Virus record (IMG/VR): IMGVR_UViG_3300017917_002116
Coordinates: 32,001-96,000 of that record
Direction: 5' to 3' (one strand)
Origin: a virus
DNA: 64,000 nucleotides
Numbering within the stretch: position 1 is the first letter of the stretch; every line of letters starts with the position of its first letter. Of the stretch, positions 1-8,712 are shown piece after piece. Position numbers and translations under genes: made by a program. The notes below the pieces were generated by a model. The model was not told where the DNA came from, did not search any database, and saw only the letters and a program-made list of their open reading frames with translations.

Positions 1-1027
1 CTACTAGATATACTACATAGAAATTTTTAACGGCATATCGTCCTCGCACATGGTCATATTTTTTATATACAGTATGTGTGGCCACCCTATAGAATTGGTG
101 TATCTTCTGCAACATACTCTCATTATTTTTCTTGTTGGCCTTACTAGCACCCTGGGCGTCTGGTGTCTGTGGTCTTTCTTTTCCAGGCATGAGATCTTCT
201 GTGCCCTTGGACAAGGACAGCACATCAAAAATCTGCGCCATGATCGTGGTGCCTTTTTTAGCGGTTACGTCTATCTTTTTATTTGTTTCCCTGTTCTGCC
301 TGCTTTTATTTTCATAAGAAGTGTCTTTACCAGGATCATGTATCTCTTTGGTTTTTAATTCGTAACTTTTTATCTTAGGATCTAAAATAAAATAAAATTC
401 ATCATGGTAAGGATCGCCAGCAGCAGGGTGATCGCCACCGCCGCCTTTTTTGCTACCTGCTTTTTGTCTAGCTTCAGCTAACTTAAATTGTTGTAATTCT
501 AATTCTCTTGCGTACTTTTGGAAATATTCACCAACTGTGCTAACGTCCTTGACCGTGATGGTGTCCACCATCTGCTGCAATATATCTGACTGTACATAGT
601 CATATTCCATGGCAAACGTTGCATTATATTCTGTGCCTTTTTCGCTGATGTTTCTTATTTCCCACTTGTTTATTAGTATTGGAAATATATAGTGGAATTC
701 ATCTTTGTCGTAATTTTCTGCACGTAAGTCTACTTCTAAGAAATATCTTGCATCTAACCAGTTGATAATTCCCAACTTGGCGGCGGCCAGTCTTAGATAA
801 TCTAATAGCCTACAGCCCAATGGTTCTGCAATTTTTAAGTTGCCCATTTGGTGATAGGCCATGGAACTTTGCACATTAACGTCCGTTAATGATTTCCACT
901 CCAATTCTTGAAAGAAAAATTTACCCGTGGTCGCAGTTTCGGCTATCACTAATCCCAATTGAGGGTTCATCTTGGTTACCAATTTAGGATGAACCATGGT
1001 TAATTTTAAGTAATAGGTATCAAACAT
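1..1027 (-). CDS. Partial ORF (runs off window start), probable baseplate/tail structural protein
   Basis: Not in the ORF track. Read manually from ATG at 1027 (MFDTYYLKITMVHPKLVTKMNPQLGLVIAETATTGKFFFQELEW...), with no stop before position 1. It is the last gene of the minus-strand baseplate operon. Confidence 0.6.
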   Translation of the reverse strand, partial: MFDTYYLKLTMVHPKLVTKMNPQLGLVIAETATTGKFFFQELEWKSLTDVNVQSSMAYHQMGNLKIAEPLGCRLLDYLRLAAAKLGIINWLDARYFLEVDLRAENYDKDEFHYIFPILINKWEIRNISEKGTEYNATFAMEYDYVQSDILQQMVDTITVKDVSTVGEYFQKYARELELQQFKLAEARQKAGSKKGGGGDHPAAGDPYHDEFYFILDPKIKSYELKTKEIHDPGKDTSYENKSRQNRETNKKIDVTAKKGTTIMAQIFDVLSLSKGTEDLMPGKERPQTPDAQGASKANKKNNESMLQKIHQFYRVATHTVYKKYDHVRGRYAVKNFYVVYLV

Positions 1028-1037
1028 AGTTAATTAT

Positions 1038-1703
1038 TTAACGAGGTACTCTTGTATCTCGGAGGTCGCCGGCACCAAGCCTGGGGTTCATCACATAACC
1101 AAAACCACCGAAGAATTTATTAATTGCGGGCGTTGTCTGTCCAATTATGCTGCCCTGATCTGGTGGTGGGGGCTGGCCAGGAGGCTGGCCAGGCACTGGG
1201 GGTGCGGGCACAGGTTGTGGTATAGGCGGCTTAGGTTGTCCTGTTTCTGGTTTATAATTTGGTTCTTTAGTTGCATTGGATCCGTTTAGGTCTTTGCCCT
1301 TTTCAAATCCTGCGGCGGCCTGATAGGGTTTTCCTGTATTAGGGTCTGTTTTTTGAGGATCTACGGACTTTCCATCTGGCGTGCGAACTTCATAATGAAG
1401 ATGTGCACCTGTAGATTTTCCTGTATTTCCTGTATTTGCTATCTTGTCTCCGGGATTAACGGTGTCACCAACTTTTACATTTGCGCTATCAAGATGTCCA
1501 TATCTATATTCGGTTCCATTAGCATCCTTGGCATATACGTAGTTACCATAGCCAGGCTCATAGCCAACTCTAGTCACTGTCATTGGCTGATTAGCGTAGA
1601 TTGGGGTACCTACTGGCACAGCGTAATCTACTCCATGATGGAAAGAAGGCTTACCAGTAACTGGATCAATTCTTGGTCCGTATGGGTCTGATATTCTTGG
1701 CAT
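1038..1703 (-). CDS. M23-family metallo-endopeptidase (peptidoglycan hydrolase) with Pro-rich C-terminal linker
   Basis: HHGVD (HxxxD) and STGAHLHYEVR (HxH) zinc motifs, plus GYGNYV and YRYGHL. Confidence 0.9.
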   Translation of the reverse strand: MPRISDPYGPRIDPVTGKPSFHHGVDYAVPVGTPIYANQPMTVTRVGYEPGYGNYVYAKDANGTEYRYGHLDSANVKVGDTVNPGDKIANTGNTGKSTGAHLHYEVRTPDGKSVDPQKTDPNTGKPYQAAAGFEKGKDLNGSNATKEPNYKPETGQPKPPIPQPVPAPPVPGQPPGQPPPPDQGSIIGQTTPAINKFFGGFGYVMNPRLGAGDLRDTRVPR

Positions 1704-2011
1704 TATACACCTGCACCTCGTTCATACAATATGGACTTGCTAGGTATAAACAACCTCATGCCTGATTTTAAATCCCACAGTGGATCTTTTATAAGATCAG
1801 CATTAGCTAGTGCTATAACCCACCACAATCTACTGGTGCCATACTGCTGATAACTTAAAAGATCTGGTCTGTTTTCGCACTCAGGGGGTACTGTAATATA
1901 TGTGCCGCCAACATCTGTTAAGTCCGGCAATTTAGCAACATCAAGATAAAATTTGTTGAACTCTGTATTGTGTAGATAACTCTTAGGATGATATGATATC
2001 TGATTTGCCAT
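1703..2011 (-). CDS. Baseplate wedge protein, gp53/LysM-like
   Basis: RPDLLSYQQYGTSRLWWVIALAN motif. Start moved to MANQISY at 2011, just after the upstream gene's stop. Confidence 0.8.
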   Translation of the reverse strand: MANQISYHPKSYLHNTEFNKFYLDVAKLPDLTDVGGTYITVPPECENRPDLLSYQQYGTSRLWWVIALANADLIKDPLWDLKSGMRLFIPSKSILYERGAGV

Positions 2012-2012
2012 G

Positions 2013-2699
2013 TTAGATATATCCTTGTGCGTATAAGGCACCCTTACTAAACTTGTCAAGATCAAATGTGGTTACAGTCTGATAGGAATTCTGCTGCACC
2101 ATCAACGATATGTTTATAGTAAAAATAGAGGGCAACCACAGCGGCATCTCTACAAGTGTTGTATTAGCTGACGTACTGTATTGTTCGTTCTGTGTTTCAG
2201 TTTCATTGGTAGGATTTTCCACTTTGCGTGGTCCTGTCCTTGATCCCCCGTTGAAAGTTGATGTAACTCTGCCTTTTGAGTCATATACGCCCATGATGTA
2301 ATCCACATCTTCAGGGAAAGTAGTTGAAAATTTACTGATAACTACTGGCACATTGTTAAATATGAATGCACCATAGGCAAAGAATCTTAGTATCCTTGGC
2401 GGCTGACCTTTTTGTGCATCCTGTCTACCATAATTCATTTTGCTGTATGTTCTTAAAAATCTCAGTGCATATTCGCTACTCTTGAAATGCTCGGTTGTGT
2501 GTGCACTGAATCTGGCTGTTAAGTTTATGGTAGGGTTTTCGCTTTTAGAATAAGCGTTTGGTTGGTAATTTGTATGGGTCAATTGATATGCATCATATTT
2601 GACATCGTGACTGTATTCCAATGTCGGTGTATATTGAAACATCAATGGCTGCATTACACCGCTTATGGGGTTGTTTGCCTTTAAATATACTGTGCTCAT
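2013..2699 (-). CDS. Baseplate/tail-tube initiator-like protein
   Basis: FQYTP, THTNY and GQPPRILRFFAYG...FNNVPVVI..F..TFPEDVDY pattern of contractile-tail tube-initiator proteins. Start at 2699, 5 nt downstream of a late TAAATA. Confidence 0.6.
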   Translation of the reverse strand: MSTVYLKANNPISGVMQPLMFQYTPTLEYSHDVKYDAYQLTHTNYQPNAYSKSENPTINLTARFSAHTTEHFKSSEYALRFLRTYSKMNYGRQDAQKGQPPRILRFFAYGAFIFNNVPVVISKFSTTFPEDVDYIMGVYDSKGRVTSTFNGGSRTGPRKVENPTNETETQNEQYSTSANTTLVEMPLWLPSIFTINISLMVQQNSYQTVTTFDLDKFSKGALYAQGYI

Positions 2700-2704
2700 A
2701 ACTA

Positions 2705-2710
2705 TATTTA
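2705..2710 (-). promoter_or_regulatory. Late (gp55-type) promoter TAAATA for the baseplate operon
   Basis: Core of the T4 late consensus TATAAATA immediately upstream of ATG 2699. Confidence 0.65.
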
Positions 2711-2744
2711 TTGTGAAATTATGTATAGTTTTAACCGCAAAGGC

Positions 2745-2774
2745 TTGACATTGCCATTTACTTTCTGTTAATAT
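2745..2774 (+). promoter_or_regulatory. sigma70-type promoter for the gp55-47-46 operon
   Basis: TTGACA-N18-TAATAT with an extended TG; ATG follows 7 nt later. Confidence 0.7.
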
Positions 2775-2781
2775 ACTACTC

Positions 2782-3630
2782 ATGACAACCGCAAATCCAC
2801 AAGCAAAACAATACCTAACGAACAGGGAATTACTAAAAGAAATACATCTGAGCAAGAATCTGTATAGCAGTTATTCCAAACCAGAATACTGTGATTATGA
2901 TCTAATTTTGCCAGATATTTCCAAAATCAACATACGAACAACGGCTGAGGCCAAGCGTAATCGTGCTCTACGGCTTAGTCAACAAGCTCTGGCAGAAGCA
3001 CAAAAAACTAACCCGAAAACCAAGTTGGCAGACGTCGAAATAGACTATAAAAAAGTAGCTAAGACAGACGTTGTATTCAGGATTATGACACATGATCATA
3101 TTCCCCTAGAACCCGGACGCAAAAAGACTCCCAAGAGTCGAGGCGACCATCATACCAAAGTAAATTTTCCACCATATCAACATTTTAAATTTGACGATAA
3201 CGATCAACTAATATGTGTGGGCAAAAGTCATTGGAAGGGTGATATAGACACTGGCGTGTTCTCTATGGAACACGGCACAATGACCAATAAACTAGCAAAG
3301 AGTTTTATGCTACTGGTTGAAAAATACAGTATGCGTTTTAACTGGCGCGGTTATACCTACGTAGACGAAATGCGTAGTCAAGCCTTGCTACAATTATCAC
3401 AGATAGGACTACAATTCGATGAATCAAAATCGCAGAACCCTTTTGCGTATTATACTGCCGCCATTGATAACAGTTTCACTCGTATCCTTAATATTGAGAA
3501 GAAAAACCAAATGATACGAGACGATCTCTTGATTGAGATCGGCAGTAACCCCAGCTTTACTCGTCAGTTCGAACATGAGTCCATGATCAAAGACGAGCGC
3601 GAGCGCATGGCTAACTTGAAAGATGAATAA
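2782..3630 (+). CDS. gp55: Late-transcription sigma factor (T4 gp55-like)
   Basis: YLTNRELL, NWRGYTYVDEM and FDESKSQNPFAYYT motifs; synteny with gp47/gp46. Confidence 0.85.
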   Translation: MTTANPQAKQYLTNRELLKEIHLSKNLYSSYSKPEYCDYDLILPDISKINIRTTAEAKRNRALRLSQQALAEAQKTNPKTKLADVEIDYKKVAKTDVVFRIMTHDHIPLEPGRKKTPKSRGDHHTKVNFPPYQHFKFDDNDQLICVGKSHWKGDIDTGVFSMEHGTMTNKLAKSFMLLVEKYSMRFNWRGYTYVDEMRSQALLQLSQIGLQFDESKSQNPFAYYTAAIDNSFTRILNIEKKNQMIRDDLLIEIGSNPSFTRQFEHESMIKDERERMANLKDE

Positions 3631-4649
3631 TGTCTGACCTCTTTAAACGTGCTGCCGTATTCACGGACATACATTTTGGTATGCGTCAAAACAGCAAGGC
3701 GCATAACGATGATTGTACAGATTTTGTAAAATGGTTCTGTGCCACTGCCAGAGAACATGATTGTGATGTAGCAATCTTCATGGGCGACTGGCATCACCAT
3801 CGTGCCACAGTTAATGTCAGTACCTTAAACTATACCGTGGATGCTATTGATTATATCAGCCGGCACTTTGAACGTTTCTTTTTTATTCCTGGCAATCACG
3901 ACCTCTATTATAGAGAGAAGCGTGACCTGAACAGTGTACCATTTATTCGAAATCAAAAGAACATTGTTTTGGTAAATGATATACACACCGAAGGTAGCGT
4001 TAGCCTTGTACCTTGGTTAGTGGGCGATGAGTGGACTAAGATGAAGCGACTGGACAGTCGCTATGTGTTTGGTCACTTTGAACTGCCCAGCTTTAAAATG
4101 AATGCCATGGTTGAAATGCCTGATCACGGCGGACTCAACAGTGAACATTTTCCCAATCAGGAATATGTGTTTAGTGGACACTTCCACTTGCGTCAGCAGC
4201 GCGGCAATGTTCACTATACTGGCAATGCCTTTCCGCATAACTATGCCGATGCTTGGGATGACAATCGTGGTATGATGATATTTGAGTGGGGCAGTGAACC
4301 CAAATACATTGCCTGGCCCGATGCACCAAAATTCAGAACTATAGATCTAACAAAATTGATCGAAGATCCAGCCAAGTATATGGATAAGAATACATTTATT
4401 CGTATTACTTGTGATGCAGATGTCAGCTATGAAGAAGCCACATTTTTAAAAGAGAACTGGCAAGAAGAATACAACCTGCGTGAAATTACACTAATACCCA
4501 GCAAGCGTGAAGAACACGCACAAGACTGGAGTGGTGATGTTCACTTCGAAAGTGTAGATCAGATTGTACTAACACAATTGGCAGCAATTGATAGTGATGT
4601 AGTTGATAAGCAAGTTCTTATTGACATTTATAATAGTTTAACTGTATAA
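3630..4649 (+). CDS. gp47: Recombination endonuclease subunit (Mre11/SbcD-like)
   Basis: Metallophosphoesterase motifs DIHFG, GD, GNHD, GHF, SGHFH. Confidence 0.93.
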   Translation: MSDLFKRAAVFTDIHFGMRQNSKAHNDDCTDFVKWFCATAREHDCDVAIFMGDWHHHRATVNVSTLNYTVDAIDYISRHFERFFFIPGNHDLYYREKRDLNSVPFIRNQKNIVLVNDIHTEGSVSLVPWLVGDEWTKMKRLDSRYVFGHFELPSFKMNAMVEMPDHGGLNSEHFPNQEYVFSGHFHLRQQRGNVHYTGNAFPHNYADAWDDNRGMMIFEWGSEPKYIAWPDAPKFRTIDLTKLIEDPAKYMDKNTFIRITCDADVSYEEATFLKENWQEEYNLREITLIPSKREEHAQDWSGDVHFESVDQIVLTQLAAIDSDVVDKQVLIDIYNSLTV

Positions 4650-4657
4650 TAACCTAG

Positions 4658-6433
4658 ATGATTAAGATTAAAAATCTTACCATTCGCAACTTTCTCTCTG
4701 TAGGCAATGTTACCCAAGCACTAAGGTTTGATCAACATGGTTTAACTTTGGTCTTGGGTAATAACCTTGATCTTGGCGGAGATGGCAGCAGAAATGGTAC
4801 TGGCAAAACAACCATTGTTAATGCACTAAGCTATGCACTCTATGGCGGCGCTTTAACAAATATTCGCAAAGACAACCTCATCAATAAGACCAACAACAAA
4901 GGCATGTTGGTAACTGTTGAGTTTGACAGTAATGGTCATAGCTATCGCATTGAGCGCGGCCGCAAACCAAACGTTCTGCGGTTTATTGTAGACGATCAAG
5001 AACGTGATCAAGGGTCTACAGAAGAACAACAAGGCGAAAACAAAGAAACCCAAACAGAGATAGAAAAACTCTTGGGAATGAGTCACGACATGTTCAAACA
5101 CATTGTGGCGTTAAATACTTTTACTGAACCGTTCCTTAGCCTTAAGGCCAACGACCAGCGTAATATTATTGAACAACTATTAGGTATCACACAACTAAGC
5201 GAAAAGGCAGATCTGCTCAAAGACTTGATTAAGAACACCAAGGATCAGATCAAAGAAGAAGAATATCGTATAAAGGCTGTAACTGATGCAAACAATAAAA
5301 TTAAAACATCTATTGAAGATCTCGAGCGTCGTAGTCGTCTTTGGCAGGCCAAGCAGAGAGAAGATCTTGAGAAACTTGGGGCTACGATAAACGAACTACT
5401 GAACATAGACATTGAGCAAGAACTTGCCAATCACAAGGCTCTAGCAAAGTGGCGTGAGAACGAAAAGGAACTAAAGCGCCTTAACAAAGATCTTGCCACA
5501 CATCAGAGTGCAGTAAAGCGTGTAACACAACAATTAAGCGAGCTGGCTGGTGCACAGAGTAAGGCACTAGAACATAAATGTCATGCCTGTGGCCAAGATC
5601 TACATGATGAAACACAGGCCAGTATGATGTCTGAGTTAAACGAAGCCATCAGTCTACTGACTGCCGAACTTGAAAACGAGCAATCAAATATCAAACAAAT
5701 TGAAAAAAATATCAAGGAATTTGGTAAGATTGGCGTAACACCAAAAGTCAAATACGACAACATTGACGATGCTGTGAATCATAAGAGCACACTGGAAACC
5801 ATACAGGATCAGTTTGAACGTAGGCATCTTGATGTTGACCCCTATGTCGAACAAATAGATCATTTGAAAACAACCGCCATAGAAGAAGTTAATTTTGAAA
5901 CAATAAATCGTCTTACCAAGCTCAATGAGCACCAGGAATTCTTGTTGAAGTTGCTAACTAGTAAAGACAGTTTTGTTCGCAAGAGAATTATCGAACAAAA
6001 CCTGAGCTATCTAAATCACAGGCTAGCTTATTATTTGGAGAAATTGGCATTACCACATGAAGTTAAATTCCGCAGTGACCTAGAAGTTGATATTACTCAA
6101 CTGGGCCAAGAGTTTGACTTTGACAACCTGAGTCGTGGTGAGCGCAATAGATTGATCCTAGGTTTAAGCTGGGCATTCCGTGATGTGTTCGAAAGTCTAA
6201 ATCGACCACTCAATTTGCTGTTTATTGACGAAATGATTGACAGCGGCATGGACGCCAACGGTGTTGATAGCTCACTGGGCTTGTTGAAGAAAATGAGCAG
6301 AGAACAAAAGAAAAATATTTTCTTAATTAGTCACCGGGATGAACTGGTGGGCCGTGTAAATAACATACTACAAGTAGTTAAAGAAAACGGTTTTACTACA
6401 TTCAATACGGATGTAGAAATGGTAGAAGCATAA
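4658..6433 (+). CDS. gp46: Recombination ATPase subunit (Rad50/SbcC-like)
   Basis: Walker A NGTGKTT, coiled coil with CHAC zinc hook, LSRGE signature, LLFIDE Walker B, ISH. Confidence 0.95.
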   Translation: MIKIKNLTIRNFLSVGNVTQALRFDQHGLTLVLGNNLDLGGDGSRNGTGKTTIVNALSYALYGGALTNIRKDNLINKTNNKGMLVTVEFDSNGHSYRIERGRKPNVLRFIVDDQERDQGSTEEQQGENKETQTEIEKLLGMSHDMFKHIVALNTFTEPFLSLKANDQRNIIEQLLGITQLSEKADLLKDLIKNTKDQIKEEEYRIKAVTDANNKIKTSIEDLERRSRLWQAKQREDLEKLGATINELLNIDIEQELANHKALAKWRENEKELKRLNKDLATHQSAVKRVTQQLSELAGAQSKALEHKCHACGQDLHDETQASMMSELNEAISLLTAELENEQSNIKQIEKNIKEFGKIGVTPKVKYDNIDDAVNHKSTLETIQDQFERRHLDVDPYVEQIDHLKTTAIEEVNFETINRLTKLNEHQEFLLKLLTSKDSFVRKRIIEQNLSYLNHRLAYYLEKLALPHEVKFRSDLEVDITQLGQEFDFDNLSRGERNRLILGLSWAFRDVFESLNRPLNLLFIDEMIDSGMDANGVDSSLGLLKKMSREQKKNIFLISHRDELVGRVNNILQVVKENGFTTFNTDVEMVEA

Positions 6434-6442
6434 GGACAATAA

Positions 6443-6649
6443 ATGACAGAAGAAATTGGAATCCCAAACCCACACGAACACATTGTACAACAATATGAAA
6501 TCTATTTGGCAGAACATCAGAAGTTTACTGAGAAGGGTGTCAAGGCCGCTGCGGGTCGCGCACGCAAAGCCCTACAAGAAATGAGCAAGGCTATTAAACT
6601 GCGCCGTAAAGAAATCACAGATCAAAAGGCTGCATTAACTGCTAAATGA
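6443..6649 (+). CDS. Small basic helical protein resembling Hc1 (histone H1-like) family
   Basis: EKGVKAAAGRARKALQEMSK...RRKEI resembles the EKGNKAAAQRVR core of chlamydial Hc1. Confidence 0.65.
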   Translation: MTEEIGIPNPHEHIVQQYEIYLAEHQKFTEKGVKAAAGRARKALQEMSKAIKLRRKEITDQKAALTAK

Positions 6650-7074
6650 CATGGCTCTATCAAGGCAACGTTATTGAAGAATTGCCTGAAGATTGTGTTG
6701 GTTTTGTCTACATCATTACTAACACAATCACAGGCCGCATGTATATTGGCAAAAAACTGGCAAAATTTAGTAAAACCACCTATAAAACTATAAAACTCAA
6801 AAACGGCAAAAAGAAACGTAAAAAAATTCGTGGCAAAATAGAATCAGACTGGCAAACCTACTACGGCTCCAACGACGAACTTAAACGTGACGTCGAACAA
6901 CTAGGCGCAGACAAATTTATCCGTGAAATACTACATTACTGCAATAGTAAGGCACTAGCATCATACTACGAGGCTAAAGAACAATTTGATAGGCGAGTAC
7001 TGGAATCAACAGACTACTATAATGGGCACATACAGGTTCGCGTTCACGGCTCCCACATTATAAACAAAATTTAA
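6646..7074 (+). CDS. GIY-YIG (Seg-like) nuclease, catalytic domain only
   Basis: GFVYIITN..TGRMYIGKK, WQTYYGS, conserved Glu (YYEAKEQF) and YYN; Lys/Arg-rich insert; no C-terminal DNA-binding repeats. Confidence 0.85.
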   Translation: MTWLYQGNVIEELPEDCVGFVYIITNTITGRMYIGKKLAKFSKTTYKTIKLKNGKKKRKKIRGKIESDWQTYYGSNDELKRDVEQLGADKFIREILHYCNSKALASYYEAKEQFDRRVLESTDYYNGHIQVRVHGSHIINKI

Positions 7075-7566
7075 GACACTACTGATAATGCTCGCACCGG
7101 CAAGTTGATTAGGTGCCTGAATCCCTGGTGATGTCGCGGGGTAGGAATTTCCGAGCAGTAGCGGAGACATGATTGCCACTATCCTGGTGTTGCCAGGACG
7201 AAGCACTAGACTTGAAAGGTGCTGGCAAGTGTATGTATAGTCAAAAAGAGCAGGCAACGGTGAGCTATTACGACCTGCAAGAATTAGGGTGTTAATCTAT
7301 CAGCTAACTAATTCTGCGCCAAAGTGCTAGGTAAAAAGGTACAGCATGACCGCCTTTACCCTATTAGGGTTCTAGTGATAGATTGCGATAATGGGCCTCT
7401 GACAGGTATTTCATTATTTTTCATTTAGCCCTTAACAGGGCTAAGTGCGACTGCAAAACCTTGACAAATATCTTTAATTAGAGTACCTTGTTGAAATATC
7501 AAAGAAGACTAAAAAGAATTGTGTTTTGCGTAAGCAAAATATAATTCTAGTTGTTCTCCGAACAAC
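7075..7566 (+). ncRNA. Candidate large structured non-coding RNA of unknown family
   Basis: About 490 nt without a credible ORF in a gene-dense genome. At least 10 helices found by eye, including a three-way junction and a 9-bp loop-to-downstream pairing. Mismatches resolve as G-U on the + strand. Confidence 0.6.
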
Positions 7567-7809
7567 TTATTCGAAACCCTGTGTTAGAACTTGTTTGGGC
7601 TTTACACCCCTATCTATATTAATCTTATCCTTAAGGATATTCGTGAATATTTTGCGCTCGTCATAGGTTAAATTCCAAAGATCATTATAACTTTGTCCCG
7701 AGTATATGGCCAGCGATGCAATATCTTCTATAATGGCTTTTGTATCTTGTTCTAGTGATTTAAGTAGTCCTAGAATCTCTGGGCCTGATTTCAGACTCAA
7801 AAGCCTCAT
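7567..7809 (-). CDS. gp51-like baseplate-hub/tail assembly chaperone (possible -1 frameshift extension of the upstream ORF)
   Basis: SYNDLWNLTYDERK motif; follows the gp26-like gene with ATGA overlap. Confidence 0.7.
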   Translation of the reverse strand: MRLLSLKSGPEILGLLKSLEQDTKAIIEDIASLAIYSGQSYNDLWNLTYDERKIFTNILKDKINIDRGVKPKQVLTQGFE

Positions 7810-8654
7810 GCGAAAAAAGTTGTAGGATTAAGATCTAGACTGGACTTGTAAATCTTGCCGCATTTTTGGCACTGTACATCAAAGTCTTTTTTCACACCAT
7901 AGTTATTGGTGGCCATGATGTTTTCTTCTAATTTTTTGTACTCGGGTCTGCTTAGATCACGTACCCATTCCTCAATCATCTTGCTGTCGGACACCACTGT
8001 ACCATCAGGCAACAGCACTGTTTCTATACTGTCAGCGACCACCTTAATACTTTGATCTGTCAAGGCCTGATAGCTTTTGCTTAGTATGTCTACTTTTTCT
8101 TTTTCACTGGCATTGCGTTGTTCTGCAATCTGTATGTTTCTGATTTGTTCGTACTGTACCCAGTTCAAATCCAGTAGATGCTTTACTGTAACTGGCTTGA
8201 CATATACCTTGACGCCACTGTCATGCTCAACAGGTGGCACATCATCCAGCGTTTTGATACTGGCTATCAAGGAATTTAAGTCTACACTTACATCGTTTTT
8301 TACAGCTTCTCCGCAATCACAGGTTGTACTAACGTCTAGCTTTTCACCATAGGTGCAACGTTTAACAGCGACAAGAATAGCATCCAGGTCTGCGCTGGGC
8401 ATGTTTTCTGGATCTTTGATGCAGGGCGCACAACTCTTTATTAACTCAGCAATGGCATTGCCGTTTAGTAATGCATCGGCATTTTTTAACATGAGTTCAT
8501 CTTTGGCAGTCAGAGGATAAACTGGAATTTCTCCCATGTCATTAAGCTCTGCAGGTTTTTGAGCATAACCCTTGCCCCTACTAGGTAATTTAATCCAAAG
8601 ACCGGGTTTTCTAAAATAGGCCTTTAAAGGATTAACTTGTTGTTGATTTTCCAC
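7806..8654 (-). CDS. gp26-like baseplate-hub assembly protein
   Basis: NPLKAYFR, IKLPS.G, PLTAKDELML, DLDAILVAV, two CxC/CxxC motifs, C-terminal FF. GTG start at 8654 after GGAG. Confidence 0.8.
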   Translation of the reverse strand: MENQQQVNPLKAYFRKPGLWIKLPSRGKGYAQKPAELNDMGEIPVYPLTAKDELMLKNADALLNGNAIAELIKSCAPCIKDPENMPSADLDAILVAVKRCTYGEKLDVSTTCDCGEAVKNDVSVDLNSLIASIKTLDDVPPVEHDSGVKVYVKPVTVKHLLDLNWVQYEQIRNIQIAEQRNASEKEKVDILSKSYQALTDQSIKVVADSIETVLLPDGTVVSDSKMIEEWVRDLSRPEYKKLEENIMATNNYGVKKDFDVQCQKCGKIYKSSLDLNPTTFFA

Positions 8655-8667
8655 GATTTTCTCCAAC

Positions 8668-8712
8668 TAAATATTCGATAAGATTCTGTAATCTTATTTA
8701 TGTATATATTTA
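8668..8712. promoter_or_regulatory. Divergent late promoters
   Basis: TAAATA on + (8668-8673) and on - (8695-8700, 8707-8712) between divergent structural genes. Confidence 0.55.

Noticed and set aside
50-358. Plus-strand hydrophobic ORFs at the window start
   Set aside because: Antisense to the long open minus-strand ORF 1-1027
7006-7257. 83-aa minus-strand ORF over the candidate RNA
   Set aside because: No SD or promoter, atypical composition, and it overlaps the nuclease gene antisense
7075-7566. Group I intron or hammerhead interpretation of the structured region
   Set aside because: TATAGTC (7236) and GGACGAA (7196) resemble intron S and hammerhead fragments, but no matching GACTA P7 partner, CTGANGA core, or downstream exon was found; the next gene is on the opposite strand
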